DNA of 32,000 bases, from assembly GCF_963967315.1 (NCBI RefSeq), contig NZ_OZ017288.1, forward strand, positions 420,001 through 452,000, in the 5' to 3' direction. The notes below the pieces were generated by a model that worked only from the letters and a program-made list of their open reading frames with translations, searched no databases and was not told where the DNA came from. Both the position numbers and the translations under genes were made by a program. Positions within the stretch are counted from its first letter, which is position 1. Every line of letters starts with the position of its first letter. This DNA comes from Candidatus Minimicrobia sp. QA0096. GTDB lineage: Bacteria > Patescibacteriota > Saccharimonadia > Saccharimonadales > Saccharimonadaceae. Shown here piece by piece: positions 23,826 to 32,000 of this stretch.

Positions 23826-24566
23826 ATGAATAATCACGATATCATCAAAACATTCTTGCCGAAACAACTAGACATAAGACGGTTAAATTTGTTTCAGTCC
23901 ACATTGCGAAAATCAAACATAATTGTTCATGGTGAAATTCACGGCATTAAAGAAAATGCCGACGTCATCTATACTCTGGTTAAGAAACTTGGCGTAAAAC
24001 GATTAGCTATTGAGGCCAGCCCTGCTATACTCAACTTCATCAATTCAGTAAAGACCGACTCTTGCGATTTTTCCTTAGTTGATGAAGACCTTTTTGACTT
24101 AAGCGTTCTATCTCTTGAGATGATAAAAACGATAGCAATTCTTCTGCAGCAAAATCAACTTAAAGAGCTCGTTTTTATTGATACATTTTTTGACAATTTA
24201 GATGAGGATGCCATCATACCACCAAGCCCGCAAGAACGAGAAGAGCAGCTAGCTAAAAATATCCTCGGAATTGACGGCTCTCTACCAACATTATGTATTA
24301 TGGGACAATGGCATACGCAGCCCAAAGTTATTACAGATGGCGAAACACGGCATGAATCAGCGTTATGTCGCTTGAGAAAAACAAAACCAAATGTACCGTT
24401 TATTCACAATGTCTACAGACAAGGACAATTATTTAACGACGGAAAAATAATTGAACTTCCGAAAAACCCATCAATTCCGCCTTATTATGAAATTGTCCAG
24501 AAAACTGATATTGATTTTGAACTGCACATACCAGAAGCGACAAAAATATCATTATGTAAAAAATAG
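23826..24566 (+). CDS. hypothetical protein with ChaN/Tiki/erythromycin-esterase-superfamily-like motifs
   Basis: Ordered motifs are IVHGEIHG (GExH), RLAIEAS (acidic), QEREEQLAKNIL (compare RD..MA.nl) and CIMGQWH (GxxH). This is the order described for the Tiki/TraB/ChaN/EreA superfamily. The call rests on motifs only. Confidence 0.4.
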   Translation: MNNHDIIKTFLPKQLDIRRLNLFQSTLRKSNIIVHGEIHGIKENADVIYTLVKKLGVKRLAIEASPAILNFINSVKTDSCDFSLVDEDLFDLSVLSLEMIKTIAILLQQNQLKELVFIDTFFDNLDEDAIIPPSPQEREEQLAKNILGIDGSLPTLCIMGQWHTQPKVITDGETRHESALCRLRKTKPNVPFIHNVYRQGQLFNDGKIIELPKNPSIPPYYEIVQKTDIDFELHIPEATKISLCKK

Positions 24567-24573
24567 CGAACAT

Positions 24574-26568
24574 CTACTCAGAAAACTGACTATTGTAAAG
24601 CTCAGCGTAAAATCCATTTTGCTTCAGCAGAGTTTCGTGATTGCCCTGCTCAATGATATTCCCGTCCTTAACCACCAAAATCAAATCAGCGTCGCGGATA
24701 GTACTCAAACGATGCGCGATAACAAAACTAGTTTTTCCCTGCATCAACTTATCCATAGCTTTTTGGATAAGGACTTCTGTGCGCGTATCAACCGAGCTTG
24801 TTGCTTCATCCAAAATCAACATCGGCGCCTTCTCTAACATCGCCCTGGCAATTGTCAGCAGCTGCTTTTCTCCCTGGGAAATGTTAGCAGCCTCCTCACC
24901 CAAGACCATATCATAGCCACCCGGCAACGACCTCACAAAATGATCAACATGCGCTTCTTTGGCGGTTTTTATCATCTCTTCCTCGGTAGCTTTTGGATTG
25001 CCATACATCAAATTCTGACGAATCGTGCCATTAAACAGCCACGTATCTTGCAGTACCATACCAAACATTTGACGCACATCGCTACGTTTCATTCTACGAA
25101 TATCCACGCCGTCAATTTTAATCGAACCGCTATTAATCTCATAAAATCTCATCAACAAATTAACCAGCGTCGTTTTACCAGCACCAGTCGGACCAACAAT
25201 CGCCACGCGTTGACCCGGCTTAATATGCGCCGACAAACCTTTAATGATCATCTGGTCAGGTTTATAACCAAAGACGACATCGTCGAATTCAACTTCGCCT
25301 TTTACGTTAGACAATTTTACCAAGTTATTCGATTCAACCGCTTCTTCTGGCTCGTCCAAAAACTCGAATACTCGCTCGGCGGCAGCAGCTGTCGATTGCA
25401 AAATATTAGCGATATTAGCAACCTGAACTAGTGGCTGATTGAACTGATCGACGTATTGAATAAACGCCTGAATATCGCCGATTTTTAGCCGACCATTAAT
25501 CGCCAGCCAACCGCCTAAAATTGTCATAGCAACGTAGCCAATATTGCTGATAAAATTTATAATCGGGTGAATCAAGCCAGAAAAGAACTGAGCCTTCCAA
25601 GCACTCTCTTGAAGTCGATTATTAATCTTAGAAAACTTAGCAATCGATTTTTTCTGACCATTAAATACGCGCATCACTTGATGACCGCCATACATTTCTT
25701 CAATGTGTCCATTAAGTTCACCAAGCTGCGTTTGCTGGCGCAAGAATTGTTTTTGCGAGCTCTTTGCAATCAGCGTAATCACGCCACCCGCCAGCGGAAG
25801 CACCAACAACGCAACTAGCGACATCTGCCAGCTAATCGAAAACATCATCACCAAAATTCCCAGCACCGTAACCGTTGAAGTTACAATTTGCGACAAACTC
25901 TGATTTAGCGTTTGGCTAATCGTATCGACGTCATTAGTTATGCGACTAAGAACTTCGCCGTAAGTTTGCTTATCGAAATAACTCAGCGGCAAGCGATTTA
26001 TTTTTTCGGACAATTGTTGTCGCATCCTGAAAGTTACGGTTTGCGTCACCTGAGTCATTATCCACGTTTGAATATAGCGAAAAGTTGCACTCAACACATA
26101 CATTCCGACTAGCAAAATAATTATTCGCCAAATAGCGTCAAAATGAAATTCTGGACGCCGACTAAGATCTAACTTTTTAATCGACTCAAGCTGACTGGAC
26201 GGAATCTGTTTTTCAATCTCCGACTTATTCGGCAATCGGTTCAAAACGTCCGCGCCAGTAGTTCCCGCTGGCAAAGAAACACCTTTTGGCAATTTGCTAG
26301 TAATCGCCTCGTAGGCTTTCATATTGGCATAATCATCAACAATTTGGTTCGTCGCGCCGCCTAAAATCTTCGGGCTGGCAATCGCAAAAATCGTGCTTCC
26401 AATTGCAAAAACCAACACCATCAACATTTGCCATCGAAAATCCGACAAATATTTAATCAGCTTCTTGACCGTTCCTTTGAAATCTTTAGCCTTTTCGCCA
26501 GTGCCCATTCTGCCCATCGGGCCGCCCATTCGTACTTGCTGACGTTTTTTCGTGGTTTGCCTAGACAT
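24574..26568 (-). CDS. ABC exporter permease/ATPase fusion, consensus-site subunit of a heterodimer (BmrD/LmrD/YheH-like)
   Basis: Basic N-terminal extension with GEKAKDFKGTVKKL, six-TM domain with a long first extracellular loop, Walker A GPTGAGKTT, degenerate signature ISQGEKQ, Walker B LILDEATSSVD with the catalytic Glu, and the H-loop HRLS. The start overlaps the upstream stop (TAATG). Confidence 0.9.
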   Translation of the reverse strand: MSRQTTKKRQQVRMGGPMGRMGTGEKAKDFKGTVKKLIKYLSDFRWQMLMVLVFAIGSTIFAIASPKILGGATNQIVDDYANMKAYEAITSKLPKGVSLPAGTTGADVLNRLPNKSEIEKQIPSSQLESIKKLDLSRRPEFHFDAIWRIIILLVGMYVLSATFRYIQTWIMTQVTQTVTFRMRQQLSEKINRLPLSYFDKQTYGEVLSRITNDVDTISQTLNQSLSQIVTSTVTVLGILVMMFSISWQMSLVALLVLPLAGGVITLIAKSSQKQFLRQQTQLGELNGHIEEMYGGHQVMRVFNGQKKSIAKFSKINNRLQESAWKAQFFSGLIHPIINFISNIGYVAMTILGGWLAINGRLKIGDIQAFIQYVDQFNQPLVQVANIANILQSTAAAAERVFEFLDEPEEAVESNNLVKLSNVKGEVEFDDVVFGYKPDQMIIKGLSAHIKPGQRVAIVGPTGAGKTTLVNLLMRFYEINSGSIKIDGVDIRRMKRSDVRQMFGMVLQDTWLFNGTIRQNLMYGNPKATEEEMIKTAKEAHVDHFVRSLPGGYDMVLGEEAANISQGEKQLLTIARAMLEKAPMLILDEATSSVDTRTEVLIQKAMDKLMQGKTSFVIAHRLSTIRDADLILVVKDGNIIEQGNHETLLKQNGFYAELYNSQFSE

Positions 26569-28328
26569 TACAACACTCCTTTCGCAGCAATAGACATTTT
26601 CTGCAAATCATCTTCCGAGAGCTGCGAAGCGGCAATTTCTTGATAAACTTCGCAATCTTTCATCAATTCCTGATGCGTTCCCTGACCAACAATTTTTCCC
26701 TCATTAAGCACGATAATTTTATCGGCATTCATAATCGTATTAATTCGCTGACCAACAATTAACACAGTTTTATTCTTAGTTTCCTTCGCAAGCACAGCCC
26801 GCAACTTCGCGTCGGTCTTGAAATCAAGCGCCGAAAACGAATCGTCAAAAATGTAAACATTCGGCTCAACCGCAATAGCCCTCGCAATCGACAAACGCTG
26901 GCGCTGACCACCAGAAACATTGCTGCCACCCTGAGCGATTTCACTTTTATAGCCACTTTTTAACTCGCTAATAAATTCTTCCGCTTGGGCAATTTTGGCC
27001 GCTTTTTCAACCAACTTATCACTAGCCTCAGCGTTGCCGTATTTGATATTACTAGCAACCGTTCCACTAAACAACACGCCTTTTTGCGGCACGTAACCAA
27101 TTTGACCAGACAAATCTTCCAATTTCAGATTTCTAATATCAACGCCATCAAGCAAAATCTGCCCCGCCGAAACATCATAGAAACGAGGAATCAAATTAAT
27201 CAACGTCGACTTTCCCGAGCCAGTACTGCCAATAAACGCCGTTGTCTGACCAGGTTCAGCTATAAAATTAATATCCGAAAGCACTGGCAAATCCGCGTCA
27301 GGATAAGTAAACGTAACGTCCTTAAACTCAATTTTTCCCTTGGCATCTTTTGGTAATTTTTTCGGCGACTTCGGGTCAGTAATTGACGGTGAAGTATCCA
27401 AAACTTCCCCGACTCGGCGCACCGATACGGCGGCTCGCGGCACCATAATAAACACCATCGACAGCAACAAGAACGAGATTATCACCTGCATCGCGTATTC
27501 CAAAAATGCCATCATATTACCAATTTGTAAATTGCCACTACTTATCAAATGCGCGCCAAACCACACAATTGCCACACTCGAAAAGTTCATCACTAAAGTC
27601 ATAATCGGATCAAGCAACATCATCAAACGGTTCACAAATAAATTCATCTTATTCAATTCCACGTTAGCTTCTTGAAATTTTTTCTGCTCAATCTTCTCGT
27701 TATGGAACGCACGAATAACTTTCAGTCCAACCAAATTTTCCCGCGCTACCAAATTAAGTTTATCCACCAGAGTCTGCAATTTCTTAAACCTAGGTACGGC
27801 AATCGTAAATAGCGTAGCGATCACCACAAATAAAACGAACACCGCCAAAGCGATAATCCAGCTCAGGTCTGGCGCATTATTCATGGCTTTTTGCAAACCG
27901 CCAATTGCCATAATCGGTGCCATTAACGCCAGCCTCAGCAGCATTATTGACGTTGTTTGAATCTGCTGAATATCATTCGTTGAGCGCGTAATCAGCGACG
28001 CCGTAGAAAACTTGTTAAAATCCGCCAAAGAAAAACTTTCTATTCGTTCAAACAATTTCAATCGCAATTTCTGCGCCATTCCCGTAGCAATTCGCGCCGC
28101 CAAAAAGCCCACGACAATTGAACAAAACCCACCGGCCGCCGTCACTAAAATCATCATCAAGCCATTATTCCAAATCGCCGACATATCTTGTTTAATAATG
28201 CCATTATTGACAATTTCCGACATTTTATCCGGCAGCCACAAATTCGCCATCACAACGCCATACGTGAATCCAATCAAGATAATAAACAGCAACCAATAGC
28301 CTCTAAAAATTCGTAAAATATGTTTCAT
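26568..28328 (-). CDS. ABC exporter permease/ATPase fusion, degenerate-site subunit of a heterodimer (BmrC/LmrC/YheI-like)
   Basis: Six-TM domain, Walker A GSTGSGKST, canonical signature VSGGQRQR, and Walker B VYIFDDSFSALD, in which Asp replaces the catalytic Glu. Confidence 0.9.
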   Translation of the reverse strand: MKHILRIFRGYWLLFIILIGFTYGVVMANLWLPDKMSEIVNNGIIKQDMSAIWNNGLMMILVTAAGGFCSIVVGFLAARIATGMAQKLRLKLFERIESFSLADFNKFSTASLITRSTNDIQQIQTTSIMLLRLALMAPIMAIGGLQKAMNNAPDLSWIIALAVFVLFVVIATLFTIAVPRFKKLQTLVDKLNLVARENLVGLKVIRAFHNEKIEQKKFQEANVELNKMNLFVNRLMMLLDPIMTLVMNFSSVAIVWFGAHLISSGNLQIGNMMAFLEYAMQVIISFLLLSMVFIMVPRAAVSVRRVGEVLDTSPSITDPKSPKKLPKDAKGKIEFKDVTFTYPDADLPVLSDINFIAEPGQTTAFIGSTGSGKSTLINLIPRFYDVSAGQILLDGVDIRNLKLEDLSGQIGYVPQKGVLFSGTVASNIKYGNAEASDKLVEKAAKIAQAEEFISELKSGYKSEIAQGGSNVSGGQRQRLSIARAIAVEPNVYIFDDSFSALDFKTDAKLRAVLAKETKNKTVLIVGQRINTIMNADKIIVLNEGKIVGQGTHQELMKDCEVYQEIAASQLSEDDLQKMSIAAKGVL

Positions 28329-28446
28329 TTATAGTCCTTTACGTTCTAAGTCCACCTTATATTATATCATTTTAGGACTAGTTGATTCTGTTTTAATAAT
28401 TACAATTGGACAAAAATATCTGTTAGTTTTATACTGTTTTTAGCGT

Positions 28447-28523
28447 CGGGGTGTGGCGCAGCTCGGTAGCGCGCACCGTTCGGGACGGTGAGGTCGCTGG
28501 TTCAAATCCAGTCACCCCGACCA
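28447..28523 (+). tRNA. tRNA-Pro (anticodon CGG)
   Basis: Acceptor CGGGGTG/CACCCCG, D arm GCGC-AGCTCGGTA-GCGC, anticodon arm CACCG-TTCGGGA-CGGTG, T arm GCTGG-TTCAAAT-CCAGT, A73 and encoded CCA. A TTGGAC-18-TATACT promoter lies upstream. Confidence 0.9.
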
Positions 28524-28588
28524 TGAAATTATTGGGCGTACGTTCAGCTTAATTGAACCTCTGGCTATTAGCAATCAAAGGAGGTTTT

Positions 28589-29056
28589 ATGCGACGAAGA
28601 GTAAACGTACGCGGAATTATTATCAACAACAAGGGCGAAATTTTCTGCCAAAAACTAACAGCAAATTCTGACAAGGGTCGTGATTTTTGGTGTACGCCGG
28701 GCGGCGGTTTAGAAATGGGCGAAGGCTTGCTAGACGGCTTGCGTCGAGAAATGATTGAAGAAACTGGCGTCAAACCAGAAATTGGCAAGTTGTTATTTAT
28801 CCAGCAATTCGCCGAATCAGGCGAACAATCAGCGCACGGCCCGAATGAACAATTGGAATTTTTCTTCCTCATCACCAACTGGCAAGATTACCAGCAGATT
28901 GACCTGGAACAAACATCGCACGGCGTCGAGGAAGTAGCGGAATGTGGCTTTGTTGATCCAAAAACCACGCGGATTCTGCCAAGTTATTTGACAGAGGTTG
29001 ACCTGGACCAGCTGGTTAATAAATTGACAGAAGTTCCAGTTCTAAGCGAATTATAG
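28589..29056 (+). CDS. NUDIX hydrolase
   Basis: AAGGAGG lies 5 nt upstream of ATG 28589. A complete Nudix box is present: GGGLEMGEGLLDGLRREMIEETGV (G-x5-E-x7-REUxEExGU). Confidence 0.85.
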   Translation: MRRRVNVRGIIINNKGEIFCQKLTANSDKGRDFWCTPGGGLEMGEGLLDGLRREMIEETGVKPEIGKLLFIQQFAESGEQSAHGPNEQLEFFFLITNWQDYQQIDLEQTSHGVEEVAECGFVDPKTTRILPSYLTEVDLDQLVNKLTEVPVLSEL

Positions 29057-29070
29057 CGAGGTCACTCGGG

Positions 29071-29793
29071 CTATTTGGCGAAGAATTTTTTGGCACGTTC
29101 AGTTTTCGGGTGATCCATTACCTGGGCTGGCGTGCCATTTTCGATTATTTCTCCCTTATCCAGAAAAATCATCCTAGTCCCGACTTCACGGGCAAATTTC
29201 ATTTCATGCGTAACAATCACCATCGTCATTCCCTTTTTGGCAACTTTCCTAATCACATCTAGCACTTCGCCGATCATTTCCGGATCCAGCGCCGATGTCG
29301 GCTCGTCAAACAGCATAATTTTTGGCTCCATCGCTAGCGCCCGCGCAATTGCCACTCGCTGTTTTTGACCGCCAGACAAACTATTCGGCGAAGCGTCCGC
29401 TTTATCCAATAATCCAACATCGTCCAATAAACTTCGCGCCAATTTTGTCGCTTTTTGGTCTGAAAATTTACGCAGTTTTTTCGGAGCTAATTTAATATTT
29501 TCAATCACGCTCAAATTCGGAAACAAATTAAATTGCTGAAAAACCATGCCAATATTCTGACGCAAGGCGTTTAGGTTTACGTGAGGATCAGTAATTTTAA
29601 CTCCATCAACAATAATCTCGCCCGAAGTCGGCTCTTCCAGTAGGTTCAGGCAACGCAAGAATGTCGACTTGCCAGAACCAGACGAACCAACCACCACGAC
29701 AATCTCGCCCTCTTCGATTTCCACGTCAATATCGCGAAGAACTCGATTCGTGCCGAACGTTTTTTTCAAGTTTTTAACGCTGATCATCGTCAT
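29071..29793 (-). CDS. polar amino acid ABC transporter ATP-binding protein
   Basis: Walker [11 protein letters not shown]-loop, signature [15 protein letters not shown], Walker [12 protein letters not shown] and H-loop THEM. Size and sequence are GlnQ/ArtP/HisP-like. Confidence 0.9.
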   Translation of the reverse strand: MTMISVKNLKKTFGTNRVLRDIDVEIEEGEIVVVVGSSGSGKSTFLRCLNLLEEPTSGEIIVDGVKITDPHVNLNALRQNIGMVFQQFNLFPNLSVIENIKLAPKKLRKFSDQKATKLARSLLDDVGLLDKADASPNSLSGGQKQRVAIARALAMEPKIMLFDEPTSALDPEMIGEVLDVIRKVAKKGMTMVIVTHEMKFAREVGTRMIFLDKGEIIENGTPAQVMDHPKTERAKKFFAK

Positions 29794-30484
29794 GCTTCAA
29801 TTTCCTTTCTACTCGCGCCATTACTCGCGTAAAAATCGCCGTCAAAATTAAGTACATCGCCGCAGCGGCAAATAGCGATTGAAAAGCCGTCGCCGTCTGA
29901 AAACGAATATTGTCCGCGCCCCGCATAATATCATTCAGGCCAATCCAACCAACAACCGAAGTTTCCTTTAATAGCGCGATAAATTCACTAATCAACGCTG
30001 GCAATGAATTTCTCATTGCTTGCGGCAAAATAACCAGCCGCATTGCCTGCCAATTGCTCAAACCCAAAGACCTAGCCGCTTCCATTTGCCCCTTGTCGAT
30101 ACTCTGAATTCCGCCACGAATAATCTCGGCGATATATGCACCGCTATTTATCCCGAACGCCACCGCCGCCACAAAAATCTTCGGCATAAATTGGTACGAC
30201 CCAAAAACGACGTAATACATAATCAATAACTGAACCAAAAGTGGCGTGCCGCGAATAATATCTACATAAATTTTTCCCAAACTAGCTAGCGGATTAAAGT
30301 TCGCGAGTCTACTCGTTTTCATCCTGCCAAATGGTCGTAAATTAGACGTACGCATCAGGGCAACAAGCACACCAATTGCCGACCCTAAAATAAGCGACAA
30401 CACAGTCAAAACCAGTGTCACCTCTAATCCATGCCATAAAAATAGCCATCGACCGCCGCCAAAAATCACTTCCCAAAAATTCAC
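29774..30484 (-). CDS. polar amino acid ABC transporter permease (HisM/GlnP family)
   Basis: Multi-TM protein with the EAA loop [26 protein letters not shown]. It overlaps both neighbouring genes of the operon. Confidence 0.9.
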   Translation of the reverse strand: MNFWEVIFGGGRWLFLWHGLEVTLVLTVLSLILGSAIGVLVALMRTSNLRPFGRMKTSRLANFNPLASLGKIYVDIIRGTPLLVQLLIMYYVVFGSYQFMPKIFVAAVAFGINSGAYIAEIIRGGIQSIDKGQMEAARSLGLSNWQAMRLVILPQAMRNSLPALISEFIALLKETSVVGWIGLNDIMRGADNIRFQTATAFQSLFAAAAMYLILTAIFTRVMARVERKLKHDDDQR

Positions 30485-31272
30485 GATTTAGCCTCCTCGC
30501 CAAAATATTTGCGGATTAATTTTTCATAACGGCCATCTTTTTTCATCTTGGCAATTTCTTTATTAACCTTTTCTAAGAGGTCTTTATTATCTTTTTTAAT
30601 AGCAATCGCATAACTTTCATCGCTGAGCGCGCCCGGTAAGATTTCTAAGTCAGAAAATCCAGCCGAATACTGCTTTGCGGGAGCGTCGTCCAGAATGACC
30701 GCTTCAATTTTTCCCGAACTTAATTCCTGCAAAACACTCGGCGCGGTTTGAAACTGCGTGACTGATGCGCCGGTAATCTTAGACGCCAAAGTATCGCCAG
30801 TCGTACCCAGCTGCACGCCAATTTTTCGCCCTGGCAATTGATATTTATTGCGAATCGGACTGCCCTTTTTAACAATTATTCTCTGCGACGCCGAATAATA
30901 CGGATCTGAAAACAACGCATTTTTTTCTCGCTCAGGCGTCACTGTCATTCCAGCCGCCACCATATCAATTTGACCACTATCCAACGCTGGCAATAACCCG
31001 TCAAACGACATATCTTCGACCTTCAAGTCCTTACCCAAGCTTTTAGCAATTTCCCTTGCCAGATCAACGTCAAAGCCAACCACTTGATTGTTATCAATAT
31101 ATTCAAACGGCTTAAACCCAGCATTTGTGCCCATCACCAGAACATCAGTTTTTGAGCCAATTACGCCATCTCGATGTAAAATATCACCCAACATCAAACA
31201 AATCATCCCCGCAAATAAAACCAGCCCAATCCACCAACTAATTCCGAATATGCGCGTCTTATTCTTGCTCAT
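30481..31272 (-). CDS. polar amino acid ABC transporter substrate-binding protein (SBP family 3), membrane-anchored
   Basis: An N-terminal TM/signal anchor (IFGISWWIGLVLFAGMICLML) is followed by FKPFEYIDNNQVVGFDVDLAREIAKSLG and MTVTPERE blocks. ATG 31272 is preferred: the track start 31377 would overlap the divergent LtaS-like gene, and TATAAT sits 6 nt upstream of 31272. Confidence 0.85.
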   Translation of the reverse strand: MSKNKTRIFGISWWIGLVLFAGMICLMLGDILHRDGVIGSKTDVLVMGTNAGFKPFEYIDNNQVVGFDVDLAREIAKSLGKDLKVEDMSFDGLLPALDSGQIDMVAAGMTVTPEREKNALFSDPYYSASQRIIVKKGSPIRNKYQLPGRKIGVQLGTTGDTLASKITGASVTQFQTAPSVLQELSSGKIEAVILDDAPAKQYSAGFSDLEILPGALSDESYAIAIKKDNKDLLEKVNKEIAKMKKDGRYEKLIRKYFGEEAKS

Positions 31273-31321
31273 GCTTTTATTATACCCCTTCATCCTCAAA
31301 AAACGTAAGTGATATAATAGA

Positions 31322-32000
31322 ATGGTGAGAAAAATTAAATTTACCAAACGTTTCTGGATTAAATCAATATCAATCATTTTGCTTTTTTTGGCGGCATTTT
31401 GCTTAATTGCAGCCCACTATAAATATATAGTCTTTAAAGATTCACAAATCGACGAGATAATTTTTTATTTCGTCAACGGATTAGCTGGTGGCAAATCTGA
31501 CAATTTATGGTCGGCCGTCCTGCAAAATCTTCCGCTGGTTTTCCTATTATTCGGCACTTTATTAATCCCAATGTTCGACAAATCGATCTCTTTCATCAAT
31601 CGTATAATCGCCTTTTGCTTGAAAAAAATCAAATCATCACGAAAGCTCACCTTGCCGTTTTTGAGATTACGAAATCAGGCAATTTACTCACTAAGTATGT
31701 TTTTAATTGCGATCATCCTTCTAATTCAAAGTTTCGGCATCCCTAACTATATTTACGCCCTGACCCAATCGACCAAATTATACGAAGAAAATTACGTCAA
31801 TCCAAAAACCGCCAAATTGACTTTCCCAGAGAAAAAGCGCAACTTAATATACATCTATTTAGAATCAATGGAAAACACTTTAGCATCAAAGGCTAATGGC
31901 GGCAGTTCCGAAACCTCCGTTATTCCAGAGCTGGAAGAATTGGCGTTAAAAAATACCTCATTCTCAAACAAAGCATCTGGTGTTGGCGGCGCTTTGCCTG
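31322..32000 (+). CDS. LtaS/phosphoglycerol-transferase-like sulfatase-family membrane protein (3' partial, runs off window)
   Basis: Frame 2 is open from ATG 31322 to the window end; it is absent from the ORF track because no stop is reached. N-terminal TM helices are followed by KRNLIYIYLESMENTLASKANGG...IPELEELALKNTSFSN, typical of the start of the extracellular sulfatase domain in the LtaS/MdoB family. Confidence 0.6.
   Translation, partial: MVRKIKFTKRFWIKSISIILLFLAAFCLIAAHYKYIVFKDSQIDEIIFYFVNGLAGGKSDNLWSAVLQNLPLVFLLFGTLLIPMFDKSISFINRIIAFCLKKIKSSRKLTLPFLRLRNQAIYSLSMFLIAIILLIQSFGIPNYIYALTQSTKLYEENYVNPKTAKLTFPEKKRNLIYIYLESMENTLASKANGGSSETSVIPELEELALKNTSFSNKASGVGGALP

Noticed and set aside
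28332-28380. 7-bp inverted repeat TAGTCCT...AGGACTA, plus a third GGACT copy, flanking the ABC-exporter promoter and SD.
   Set aside because: It could be an operator, but the repeats are short, were found post hoc, and one arm coincides with the SD-like AAAGGA. That is insufficient to call a regulatory site.
418-28878. Many 60-165-aa track ORFs lying antisense or out of frame inside strong genes, for example 418-615, 624-899, 1052-1327, 3848-4081, 9009-9428, 12690-13556, 19268-20623, 21364-21833, 24641-25431, 26985-27675 and 28549-28878.
   Set aside because: Each is fully embedded in a gene with clear family motifs on the other strand or in another frame. They lack an RBS or a promoter geometry, and their compositions are low-complexity or skewed as expected for shadow ORFs.
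31465-31746. Track ORFs 31465-31650 (-) and 31507-31746 (+).
   Set aside because: Both are out of frame within the longer frame-2 ORF (31322 to window end), which has LtaS-like TM and sulfatase motifs.
1-32000. CRISPR arrays, rRNA genes, IS elements, long repeats.
   Set aside because: I saw no periodic repeat-spacer structure, no rRNA-like conserved stretches, no transposase motifs and no long direct or inverted repeats anywhere in the window.

Overview
Gene-dense bacterial chromosome segment with very short intergenic gaps. I call 37 CDS (2 partial at the window edges), 1 probable pseudogene fragment and 3 tRNAs: Met-CAU, initiator fMet-CAU and Pro-CGG. There is no rRNA, CRISPR array or intact mobile element. 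Most of the window is housekeeping, envelope and transport: murC, trmB, aspS, MazG-like and NUDIX hydrolases, MscS, VIT1, CNNM/CorC, DsbA-like, CAP-domain, a YtxH/DUF948 pair, two tandem CorA paralogs, a heterodimeric ABC exporter, an amino-acid ABC importer and an LtaS-like sulfatase. A complete arginine deiminase operon (arcA-arcB-yfcC/arcD-arcC) lies at 18283-23048. This content plus the compaction suggests a reduced-genome Patescibacteria/CPR organism such as a mammal-associated Saccharibacteria (TM7); that is inference from memory, not a search result. The least ordinary stretch is about 2.6-5.6 kb, directly downstream of the initiator tRNA. It holds a truncated recombinase-like fragment, an ADP-ribosylglycohydrolase co-transcribed with an unrecognisable 138-aa protein, a 325-bp ORF-free spacer, a protein with a WhiB-like C-x2-C-x5-C / G-x-x-G-G / basic-tail layout, and a small conserved ORF. 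I read it as a decayed integrated element carrying a possible ADP-ribosylation-reversal module and an actinobacterial-type regulator. The second main observation is window-wide: at least 11 genes have a TATAAT-like -10 box only 6-9 nt upstream of their ATG and no Shine-Dalgarno, implying leaderless mRNAs. Other genes have canonical GGAGG-type sites. Other points are a disulfide-reductase-fold flavoprotein lacking both redox cysteines next to a stand-alone ATP-cone protein, and an initiator tRNA with only two of the three canonical anticodon-stem G:C pairs. All family calls rest on motifs read by eye; no HMM or BLAST search was possible.
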